From: Eledone cirrhosa
Lineage: Eukaryota
Reading direction: 5' to 3'
DNA: 64,000 bases
NCBI GenBank assembly: GCA_964016885.1
Contig: OZ024747.1
Location: 43,586,001-43,650,000 of the forward strand
How positions within the stretch are numbered: the stretch's first letter is position 1; each line of letters begins with the position of its first letter. The position numbers were made by a program, and so were the translations under genes. The notes beneath the pieces are model-generated. The model was not told where the DNA came from. It searched no databases and was given only the letters and a program-made list of their open reading frames with translations. Positions 27,942 through 39,171 of this stretch are shown here, piece after piece.

Positions 27942-27945
<4 letters not shown>
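27100..27945 (+). mobile_element. (TA)n-embedded element with diverged ~230-bp direct terminal repeats (pseudo-LTR-like)
   Basis: 27100-27330 and 27722-27945 are homologous (tataaatttag...gttaagaagctattaaccacctaagcc...tatgattgaaatat). Confidence 0.65.
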
Positions 27946-27976
<31 letters not shown>

Positions 27977-28254
27977 AACACACATAAATTTATATATACA
28001 TTTTTATATAATGATAATGAAAATTTTTATGTACAGTGCTCAGGTGTACTGCAACTCATTAAAGTTGCATGTATAGTCGATAGAATAATGTACAAATGTC
28101 AGGAAAGTGAACAATGTATGAGTCATGATATATATTTATACATAGACATACACACATGCGTGCATGTTTATGGAGGGGAGTATATCAGGTTTAGTGTTGG
28201 GGAATTTGGGGCAGTATATATATACCATTATATACCTGGTATATATAACTAGAG

Positions 28255-28410
28255 GGAGAGAAATGGCAGTCGTTCGAACGTCAGATAGAATACTTTATGG
28301 TATTCATTCTGATTCTCTGCTCTCTGAGTTCAAATTCCGCCCAGGTCAACTTTGCCTTTCAACCTTTCGAGGTCGATAAAAGAAGTACCAGTCGAGTACT
28401 GGGGTTAATT
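28255..28410 (+). mobile_element. Family A SINE
   Basis: tggcagtcgttcg A-box, gagttcaaattcc B-box, and core ctttgcctttcaacctttcgaggtcgataaaagaagtaccagt. Confidence 0.8.
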
Positions 28411-28591
28411 CTTCCTCTATATCCTTTCCTCATTTCCTCTCTCTCTCCCTTTCTATCTTTCTCTGGAGGAAATCTGCTGTACTCAGGCCTGGAGAGTGGT
28501 GGGCTCCACCAGGCTTTAAAATACCCAAGAAACACCATATTGATATACAGCGCCCCTACAACTCTATCAGGAGTTACAGGACCATATATAC

Positions 28592-29182
28592 ATATACAAC
28601 TACACCACCATTATATAGCTGGTAGATATACAACTACACCACCATTATATAGCTGGTATATATACAACTACACCACCATTATATAACTGGTAGATATACA
28701 ACTATACCACCATTATATAGCTGGTAGATATACAACTACACCACCATTATATAGCTGGTATATATACAACTACACCACCATTAAAAAGCTGGTATATATA
28801 CAACTACACCACCATTATATAGCTGGTAGATATACAACTACACCACCATTATATAGCTGGTAGATATACAACTACACCACCATTATATAGCTGGTATATA
28901 TACAACTACACCACCATTATATAGCTGGTATATATACAACTACACCACCATTATATAGCTGGTAGATATACAACTACACCACCATTATATAGCTGGTAGA
29001 TATACAACTACACCACCATTATATAGCTGGTATATATATATATAACTACTCCACCATTATATAGCTGGTATATATATATATATATATAACTACACCACCA
29101 TTATATAGCTGGTATATATATATAACTACACCATTATATAGCTGGTATATATATATAACTACACCAGTATATAGCTGGTATC
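28592..29182. repeat. 34-bp minisatellite (TATACAACTACACCACCATTATATAGCTGGTAKA)
   Basis: About 17 units. Later units gain extra TA dinucleotides. Confidence 0.93.
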
Positions 29183-29235
29183 TAATATAATACATAACTA
29201 CACTCCAGAGATGAACACAAATACCTGTATACAAT

Positions 29236-29300
29236 ATAATAGATATAAATGGGCTTGTGTGTGTGTGATTGTGTGTGATTGTGTGTGTGTGTGTGATTGT

Positions 29301-29331
<31 letters not shown>

Positions 29332-29370
29332 ATTGTGTGTGTGATTGTGTGTGTGTGTGTGTGTGTGTGT

Positions 29371-29412
<42 letters not shown>

Positions 29413-29560
29413 TTTTGTGTGACTGTGTGATTGTGTGTGACTGTGTGTGTGTGTATGTGTGTGTGTGATTGTGTGTGTGATTGTGTGTGTGTGTGCCTGT
29501 GTGAGTTTGTGTGTGTGTGTATATGTATATATGTGCCTGTATGTGTGGAATGTATGTGAT
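29236..29560. repeat. (TG)n microsatellite
   Basis: Direct inspection. Confidence 0.93.
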
Positions 29561-29778
29561 TGTCTGCACACATGTTATATATATATGCATATGTATTACT
29601 GATGTGGACATGAGTTAAGTTTTCATAACTGTAGTAATATCATCAATAGTTTGTCTGATGTAGCGTTTGGTGAACATTGTTGGCACAGTAGCTCCCCATT
29701 GTGGCCTGCAATATTACTTCGCTGAGGTTAACTTTGCCTTTCATCCTTACGGGGTCGATGAAATAAAGTACCAGTAAT

Positions 29779-30317
29779 TATCATCATCATCATCATCATT
29801 TTACGTCTGCTTTTCCCTGCAAGCAAGGGTGGGACGGGAACTGATTCTGGCTTGATTTCTACAGCTGGATGCCCTTCCTAACACCAACCTCATTTACAGT
29901 GAGGGCTGGGTGCTTTTTTGCTGAGGCACCTACACGTCCACTTTACAGTGTAGGCTGGGTGCTTTTTTGCAGTGGCACCTCCACGACCACTTTAGAGTGT
30001 GGGCTGGGTGCTTTTTTGCTGAGGCACCTACACGTCCACTTTACAGTGTAGGCTGGGTGCTTTTTTGCTGAGGCACCTACACGTCCACTTTACAGTGTAG
30101 GCTGGGTGCTTTTTTGCGGTGGCACCTCCACGACCACTTTGCAGTGGAATGATAGGGACCCCAGTCCCTATCATCTCATTTCTACAGCTGAGTAAACTGG
30201 AGCAATGTGAAATAAAGTATCTTGCTCAAGGAAACAACACATCACCCGGTCTGAGAATTGAACTTGCAACCTTTCGATTGCAAGCCCAATGCTCTAACCA
30301 CTAAGCCATGTGCCTCC
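29779..30317 (-). mobile_element. Family B SINE (tRNA head, CORE-like segment, ggttggtgttaggaagggcatcc domain, (ATG)n tail) nested in a family A SINE
   Basis: The host SINE spans 29715-30365 and is interrupted. ccagtaat is duplicated on both sides (29771-29778 / 30316-30323). Contains an internal 51-bp tandem repeat. Confidence 0.88.
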
Positions 30318-30434
30318 AGTAATGTACTGAGGTAATTGCTGGCCTTGTGACAAACGTAGAAACAATATAACTTCTTTACTGTAAAAAACGACAGACTAAC
30401 AGGAAACATCCACAATCACTTCAAATTCTTCAGT

Positions 30435-31130
30435 TATTGTTATTGTCACCATAGAATTGTAATTGTTGTTGTTGTTGTTACTGTTGTTGTTGTTGTTGTT
30501 GTTGTTGTTGCTGCTGTTACTGTTGTTGTTGTTGTTGTTGTTACTGTTGTTGTTGTTGTTGTTGTTGTTGTTGCTACCGTTGTTGTTGTTGTTGTTGTTG
30601 TTGTGTTGTTGTTGTTGTTGTTGTTATTTCTGTTGTTGTTATTGTTGTTGTTGTTTCTATTGCTGTTGTTATTGTTGATGTTGTTGTTGTTACTGTTGCT
30701 GTTGTTATTGTTGATGTTGTTACTGCTGTTGTTGTTAATGATGTTGTTGTTACTGTTGTTGTTGCTGTTGTTGTTAATGATGTTGTTGTTACTGTTGTTG
30801 TTACTGTTGTTGTTGTTACTGTTGTTGTTGTTACTGTTGTTGTTGTTACTGTTGTTGTTGTTGTTGTTATTGTTATTGTTGTTGTTGTTGTTGTTGTTTC
30901 TATTGCTGTTGTTATTGTTGATGTTGTTGTTGCTGTTGCTGTTGTTATTGTTGATGTTGTTGTTGTTGATGCTGTTGTTATTGTTGATGCTGCTGTTGTT
31001 GTTGTTGATATCGTTGTTGTTGTTATCGTTGATATCGTCGTTGTTGATGTTGTTGTTGTTGTTATTCTTGATGCCATTGTTATCACTGATATTGTTGATG
31101 TCGCTATTGTTGCTGTCATTGTTATCGTAT
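30435..31130. repeat. Degenerate (GTT)n trinucleotide repeat
   Basis: Direct inspection. Confidence 0.95.
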
Positions 31131-31302
31131 ATGTAGTATTTCAAGCTGGTGATTATTGTGAGGGGTGTAAGGGTGTGGGACAGAAGAGGAGGCTGGGATG
31201 TGCACGATTGACGACTGTTGTTGTTTAAATGTAATTACTAAATGTTATTTTTCTTTATTTGCCAAAGTCTGCAGCAGATGTTATGGCCTTTGTTGTGAAC
31301 CA

Positions 31303-31316
31303 GTTGCCATGGTTAC
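31303..31316 (-). promoter_or_regulatory. RFX X-box-like motif GTAACCATGGCAAC
   Basis: Exact fit to GTNRCC-N2-RGYAAC in unique sequence next to a C-rich tract. Function untested. Confidence 0.35.
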
Positions 31317-31538
31317 CATAAATAGAGAAACTTAAATTTCACCATCACAGCATCCCCCCTTCCTCACTTGCTACCCTCCCCCTCTCTCCAACTCCCCTAC
31401 CCCCCCCCCCCCGCCCGTCCCCTGCAACTGCTGTTTCTGACATTACACCAAACCACCTCGTTAGCGCAGCTTGTATTAATACAAAACATACTTAATAGTT
31501 GTAATTACTGCTTGTCTCTGCCTGTACAACGTGTATAC

Positions 31539-31569
<31 letters not shown>

Positions 31570-31578
31570 GTATGTATA

Positions 31579-31632
<54 letters not shown>

Positions 31633-31669
31633 GTATGTATATACTATATATATATATATATACTATATA

Positions 31670-31707
<38 letters not shown>

Positions 31708-31829
31708 TATATATACATAAATGTATACATATAAATCTGTCTATCCATATCTATATCTATATGCATATGTATATATACGTATATATGTATATATATATAT
31801 ATACATGTATATATATATATACATGTATC

Positions 31830-31883
<54 letters not shown>

Positions 31884-32349
31884 GCATGTATATATATATA
31901 TATATACTGATTACAAGTAGAAAACAGACATTTGATATACTATTTATTCTCTTGGAGAATTAAATTGAGAGTTTATCACCATTATTTTTTTTCATTCATA
32001 TATATTTGTATGTGTGGCTGTGTACATATGTGGGTATATGTATGTGTGTGAATATGTATGTATAAACATACAGACATGCAAACATGTGTGCTTACATACA
32101 TATATATATATATGTATGTGTGTGAGAGGGTAGGTGGATGTAATGTGTTGTACAACAGTGCAATGTTGTACAAGCAACAGCAAAAGTACAAAACAACATC
32201 AGAACGACAAAAGATATTTACATTATAAACTAGGGGCATTGTTGCTGGTTTAAATTTTATTGCTCAGTGCTGTAAATGTGTTTAAGTTTATAATACTTTA
32301 TAAGTTCAGCTGACTGACTGGTTTCTGTACTTACATATATATATTATAC

Positions 32350-32560
32350 TTAACCCTTTAGCATTTACTTTACTCTGTATTTACTGTTATATTTTCATGG
32401 TAAAGGCTTTACCTCACATAATTATCTCACATAATATTGAATCCATGAGATTTTGATATTATTTTTTTAGCACAATACCTTAACATCAGTAAGCACGGCT
32501 GGTTACAGCCAGTTTGAACAGAAAGAGGTGAGAGAATTCTAGCCAGATATGGCCGGTTTT
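32350..32560. mobile_element. Degenerate TTAACCCT-ended (piggyBac-like) MITE fragment
   Basis: Starts ttaaccctttagcattt. The other end (gccagatatggccggtttt) lacks a clean TIR. Confidence 0.4.
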
Positions 32561-32564
32561 ATTG

Positions 32565-32762
32565 CAGTGACTTGGTAGAAATTAGTTATAGCACTTTTCA
32601 TTCTGAGTTCAAATCCAGGCAAGTTTAACTTTACATTTCATCCTTTCAAGGTCCATAAAATAAAGTACCAGTTAAGTGCTAGGGGTCAATGTAATCAACT
32701 TTTCCTTTCCCTTCCCCCAAATTGCTGGCCTTGTGCCAATATTAGAAGGAATTTATGTTATT
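32565..32762 (+). mobile_element. Family A SINE
   Basis: B-box gagttcaaatcc, core, and 3' attgctggccttgtgcc. Confidence 0.8.
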
Positions 32763-32859
32763 AAAAGGAGTGAATTCTTTTATTGCCTGCAGATACTAAA
32801 TATGTATTTCTATCTGTTTCATTCTACCTTGCTGTTTAGAGTAGGGATTGGGTTCATTA

Positions 32860-33014
32860 TCACTATCGTCATCATCATCACCATCAACATCATTGCCATC
32901 ATCATCACCATCATCACCATCGTCATCATCGTCATCATCTTCATCATCATTGCCATCATCATCACCATCATCACCATCATCACCATCATCACCATCATCG
33001 TCATCATCGTCATC

Positions 33015-33060
<46 letters not shown>

Positions 33061-33069
33061 CCACCATCA

Positions 33070-33117
<48 letters not shown>

Positions 33118-33183
33118 TCACCATCATCACCATCATCATCATCGTCATCATCTTCATCATCATTGCCATCATCATCATCATCG

Positions 33184-33216
<33 letters not shown>

Positions 33217-33376
33217 CCACCATCATCACCATCATCATCACCATCACCATCACCACCATCATCACCATCATCATCACCATCACCATCATCACCATCATCA
33301 CCATCATCATCATCGTCATCATCTTCATCATCATTGCCATCATCATCATCATCGTCATCATCATCATCATCATCAA

Positions 33377-33417
<41 letters not shown>

Positions 33418-33446
33418 CCAGCATCATCGTCATCATCATCATCATA

Positions 33447-33505
<59 letters not shown>

Positions 33506-33510
33506 TATTA
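32860..33510. repeat. (CAT)n/(CGT)n trinucleotide repeat
   Basis: Direct inspection. The poly-D/M/S/I ORFs are artefacts. Confidence 0.95.
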
Positions 33511-33934
33511 TTTAAAATATGTTTACCCTGCTGGTGATGGTTGAATGGGTTATCACAGAACAAGTCAGTAGTCAATCAAAGCCACTGATCACACACTATA
33601 CAAGAGAGCCATGGGTGAGTATGTCATGGCACAAGCACTAAGGACTTCTGTTTCATTATGAAGTGTGCCACTACAATTCAAACTTTTACAGAACCTACAT
33701 GTCAATATGAGAATTCTGAACACCAGTAAAGTCTGAAATACCATGTAGCAATTTGTACATACCTCCTGCATAAATAGATTTGATGAGGTTGCACAGACTT
33801 CAGAATAATACTAGGAGCTAATGTGAGTTACAGGGTGTGAATAAATATACAAACCACACAGACCTTCTTTTTCTAGCATCACACAGGCAAATTAAGGACC
33901 AAAACAGAGACAGAATGGCTTTAATGATGAATGT

Positions 33935-34235
33935 TCTAGTTGTTAAATCAATGGAACAACCTGTTCATGAAATTAATATTTAAGTGGCTGAGCATTCTAC
34001 GGGCACATGTACTTTTAATGTGATGCTCAGGCAGATTCAACATGACCCGGTGTATGACAAGGCTAGGCTTTTGAATTACAGATGCAGTCCATGCAATGAG
34101 CTTTCAAACAGCTTCCATCCACCCAGTTTCCCTCATAAAGCATGGGTCAACTTAAGGCTATAATAAAGTACATTTGCCAAAGATGCAATTGATCGAACCT
34201 TGGACCTAAAGAATATGAAGAAGACTTCTTAACAT
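33935..34235 (-). mobile_element. Old degenerate SINE fragments
   Basis: Resembles common octopus SINE segments as recalled, with gatcgaacc as a reverse B-box-like motif. Heavily diverged. Confidence 0.5.
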
Positions 34236-34335
34236 CATTTGGCTATGTTTTATCTAGTGATAGAGAGAATCGTAGAGAGAGAAAGAGAAAAAAGTGTGTG
34301 TGCATTTACATGTGTAGATACTCAATATATATATA

Positions 34336-34673
34336 TCATCATCATCATCATCATCATTTTATGTCCGCTTTTCCCTGCTTGCAAGGGTGGGACGGAAACT
34401 GATTCTGGCTTGATTTCTACAGCTGGATGCCCTTCCTAACACCAACCTCATTTACAGTGAGTGCTGGGTTCTTTTTTTCCGTGGCACCTCCACGACCACT
34501 TTGCAGTGGAATGATAGGGACCTCAGACCCTATCATCTCATTTCTACAGCTGAGTAAACTGGAGCAATGTGAAATAAAGTGTCTTGTTCAAGGAAACAAC
34601 ACATCACCCAGTCTGAGAATTGAACTCACAACATTTCGATTGCAAGGCTCTAACCACTAAGCCATGTGCCTCC
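34336..34673 (-). mobile_element. Family B SINE
   Basis: Reverse complement of the 44039-44377 copy, with a (CAT)n tail. Confidence 0.9.
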
Positions 34674-34982
34674 ATATATATATATACATACATTTACACA
34701 GTCATAGTTAGCTTCGTGCTGTATATAAATATTTATTGTATACTTCAGCTGCTTAGTGTACAATTAAATATATATTGAAATTATCCACCATCACAAAACT
34801 ATATGCCCTCTTTAGTTATACTTCTATGTGGAAAAATGGCTGCTAAACGATGAAGATATGAGAGAGGATATAAAACCAGATAAAACTAGTCAGGCCATTA
34901 CTCACAGAGTAATACATATATTCTAAAGTTTGCACTCTCATATTCCCTCAGATACCTGAGTGATGCTTAACTCTCAACACAC

Positions 34983-35052
<70 letters not shown>

Positions 35053-35070
35053 CACACACACACACACACT

Positions 35071-35101
<31 letters not shown>

Positions 35102-35615
35102 TGTAAATGCACATAAATATCAGACAACAGACTTACTCACAAATGTATATTGATCTCTTTAATGTATATACCTCACACACACACACACACTGCCAGAAAC
35201 ATAAATACAAAGGTATTTACATGTGCATGTAAATACCTATATATATATAACCACATGCACACATGTATACACACATTTACACACATGCACATATCTAGAG
35301 AATAGTAATAAGTCACAAAATCAATTGGGTCATTAGGTCACTAGTTTATAAGGTCAATGAGGCACTAGTGAAGATTGTCTTCATATATCTACTTATCTGA
35401 GATAGGGTATGAGCCACTAATGTTTTAGCATACACAGCCTGGCATACTTTTCACACGGTTACCACATCACACACACACACACAAACACATACACACACTA
35501 AGTACATCTGTCAATCTATATATCTATCTGTCTGCCTATCTTTCAATCAAGCTATCTATCTATCAATCTATCTCTATCTATCTAGCTAGCTATCTATCTA
35601 CCTACCTATCTATCT

Positions 35616-36150
35616 GCCGCCTCCCCTCTTCAAAAACGAAGAAGAGGCGGTGTTTCTGTGCGTAATAGCCATGGCGAAAGAGGTTGTATGGTGGACGCGT
35701 CTGAAAGGACTGAGGTCAGACACCTTTCTCTTTGGCCAACAACTGGTCCGTTTCTTCCGATATCATTTCGGAAGAAGGATCAGGATGGAGAGAGAGGTGC
35801 TGCACCCCAGCCGTTTTTATGAAAGATGGGTGAAAGTGGCGAGAATGGCCCGTGTGAATGGGCCTTCACTCTACATCAGACTATAGGTGAGGAAGATGAA
35901 AGACCAAGGGAGCACCCCTTCTCTGTGCTCCCGAGGAAAAGGGTTGCACACTTTTTTCGGGGGTGTGTGCGACCCCCCAAGGCGCCTCCTTTCTATTGAG
36001 GACTTTGTTATAAATTTTATTTTTTGTTATATTTTATTTTATTTTTATATATTGTTATTGCCTCCTCCTTATCGAGGACACCTTGTTTTGTAAACTCCCC
36101 CCATTGTACTTGTCCCACTTTTGATGCCCTGGTGGCAAATAAAAGAAACA
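35616..36150 (+). mobile_element. 5'-truncated Tx1-like retrotransposon, copy A
   Basis: Encodes the ORF2 C-terminus (..FGRRIRMEREVL..RWVKVARMARVNGPSLYIRL*), 3' UTR and AATAAA. Flanked on both sides by (TCTA)n. Confidence 0.92.
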
Positions 36151-36200
36151 TATCTATCTATTTATCTATCTAGCTAGCTAGCTAGCTATCTATCTACCTT

Positions 36201-37084
36201 CAGGCACTCACAATCCTCTGGCAAATGGACCCGCTGATCAGTGGAGACTCCACTTCGACATTCTATAGAGGGTTGGTCCGCAGCAAGTGTGACGACACGC
36301 TCGGAGAAACTCTGGGCGTAGAGGAAGACGAACTGGCCAGTCTGTTCAGTAGAACCTTCCGCTCGGGACCAATGGACAACTTCCAAAAGTCCCTGGCCTG
36401 GAAGTGCTACCGAGGAGCTCTACCAGTTCGAGACAAGCTCTACAGACACGGGTGCCCGGGTAGGGACCCTTTGAAAAAGATCTGTCCGAGATGCGTGCGC
36501 GATGAGGAAACCGTTGCGCACGCATTTGTACACTGCCCAGGCATTACCGACCTGTGGGGCTATGTAGAATGACTATTGTCGTGGGTGGGACCAATCCAAT
36601 TGACCACCGAGTCCATTGTCATGATCAAACCGCCGCCCTCCTTCAAAAACGAGGGAGAGGCGGTTTTCCTATGTGTTATGGCTATGGTGAAAGAGGTTAT
36701 ATGTTGGACGAGGTTAAAAGGGCTGAGGTCTCCGGCGAACAACTGATTCGTTTTTTCAAATATCATTTTGGAAGAAGAATCAGGATGGAGAGAGAGGTGC
36801 TGTACCCCAGCAAATTTTATAAAAGGTGGGTGAAAGTGGCAAAGATGACCCGAGTGGTTGGGCCTTCTTTCTATATAAGCCTGTAGGTTGAGGAAAAAGT
36901 ACTCACTCTTGGTGCTCCTGGAGATGAGGGTTGTACATTTTTTCAGGGTGTGTACAACCCCCTATTGGGGATTTCAATTGTTATTTGTTATTTTATTAAT
37001 AGTTTTATTTTCATATACCTGTATGTAAACTCCCCATTTGTATTTGTCCCCTTCTTTTGTGCCCTTGTGGCTAATAAAGAAATT
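36201..37084 (+). mobile_element. 5'-truncated Tx1-like retrotransposon, copy B (degenerate)
   Basis: Zinc-finger region CPRC..ETVAHAFVHC with a premature stop and a frameshift. 3' end cccttgtggctaataaagaaat followed by (TCTA)n. Confidence 0.92.
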
Positions 37085-37318
37085 TATCTATCTACCTACC
37101 TATCTATCTCTCTTGATAGAGTAAGACACGCTTCACATCGGCTCCGCTATTCCATCGGAATTTATTTATCCTTACTATAGTAAGTACCAGAGAATTTTTT
37201 CAGTGCAACACATTTGAAACACCTACCCCTGTTATTTAGGGAAACATTTTTACATTTACCCCCTTTTTAGGGGGTAAAATAAATATCTATTTTGCTGTAA
37301 AATCTCTTTCTCGGCAGC

Positions 37319-39166
37319 ATGGCGGAAAAGATGGCAGACATGTCTGCCATTAGCTCTGCCACGCCCCCCAAGTCTGAAGAACAAAAAGAAATAGATACAA
37401 CAAAACTAGACAACAAAACAAACAAGGAAAATGAAAACACAAATGTTACGGAAAATGAGCAAACGGAAAACAAACAAACAGAAAATAAGAACACAAATAA
37501 CAACAAGGCAACTTTCGCCCAGAAAACAAAACAGTCCATAACATATACACCAATAGACTTAACTGCCGCCAGAGAAAAACTGGCCGAAGCAAAAAAACAC
37601 ATAGTCTTGGGGGAGAACTGAATGTTTTCCATTATCCCCCCCCCCCAGAATTCAAGAAAGCGAGAACAGAGAGCACAGTTCTCTTCAGAACAATATTAAA
37701 CCAAACGAGAAAGCCAGCACAGCCCAGCCAAATGGAGATAGAGTTGGTCCTAAAAGACTATATGAAGAATATTCTCTTCATACGGAAGGACCGACTCTAT
37801 GACAGCATTTCGGTCTTAACAAAAGACAAGGAAACGGCGCAGAAGCTTTCCCTAAGCCCACTCTCATCAACAACATACAGCTTCTATCCCTCCTACATGG
37901 GTAGAAGAACACAGAGAGTCAAAGTACAAACAATGCTGCCCACAATGGACTTCTGGTGGGCTATTGCTGGCTTCATAGACATGGGCGAGGACACAGTGCT
38001 GTCAATGGGGAAGGCATCTGGAGATGCGTTCCTGGGAATGGGCCTCGACCTACTAGTCCAAATGAGGCCCGAAAGAGTGGCACAAATCCCGGATCGCATC
38101 TGGCTGGATGACCTCACCCCAATAGATATAATTGTAGAGGGGAGAAGACCAGCATGCTATTTATGCACGGAAAGGGGACACGTTAAGGCTAACTGCCCGA
38201 AACGTATCCCCCAAAAAGTACTATTGCCCACACCCACCACAAACAGTACACCAACACCACCCACCTCCAAAAATACACTAATACCACACACAGCAAACAA
38301 AATACAGACACCACCAACCACAAGCACAACACAAACATCACCACCACCAGCACCAAACACAAGCACGACACAAAAATCACCATCACCAACCACAACACAA
38401 ACACCACCACCACAATCACCAACCACAAGCACGACACAAACATCACCACCACCACCACAAAACGCATTCCAAACAAATAATTAAAAAAACAGCAACAAAT
38501 CTACCCCTCCCGCAAAAAAAAACAACCAGACACCATGTCCCTCCCACCTAGCGCTGAAGAGTTTCCCCCAACTTCTGAAGAAGAAGGAGGAGAAGCCTTC
38601 AGACAAGTTAAAAGAAAAAAAGAAAGCACACACCCAGCACACCACAAATAACCTACACACAAACACCAACTCCAATCAAAAACACCCCACCCTCAACAAA
38701 CAAAATTAAATCTGCGCCTCCCCTCTCCGAAACATTGACAGCATCACAAAAAAAGACGTTGCAATACACATATATAAATAAAGAAAACAAAAAACTGTTT
38801 AAATTAATAAACAATAGCCCTTTGGTGCAGACCGAAGGGCCAAACTTTATCTCAACAGAGAACTTCACCCATTTAAAAATGATAAAAGTCCCTCTGGACC
38901 TTTATCGTTCCTTAAAAGAACAATTTAGACAGGACGTGAGCCCCCCCCCCCCCCCCTGTTTAAAACCGTTAAATCGCGTCCTCTTGAAAGATTTCCCCAT
39001 AACCTCCCCTCTCCCTGACACAACTCCAAATACCCCAACCCCACCACACTCGGGTACCCCTACACCACCACAAAACATCCCTCCACCCAACACACCTGAC
39101 GCCATGGAAATTACACAACCCGGAGAGGTAGGTGCTTTTCTTTCTTCACTTTCAACACCAAAATAG
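37319..39166 (+). CDS. ORF1 gag-like protein with CCHC zinc knuckle, frameshifted in this assembly
   Basis: Pieces 37319-37621, 37732-38484 and 38735-39166. VEGRRPACYLCTERGHVKANC (CX2CX4HX4C) followed by a Pro/Thr-rich tail. Confidence 0.82.
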
Positions 39167-39171
39167 ATCAA

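Noticed and set aside
33515-33775. Exon candidates (plus-strand donor ATGG|GTGAGT at ~33614; minus-strand ORF 33589-33771)
   Set aside because: The strands conflict, stops interrupt the frames, and no homology is recognisable.
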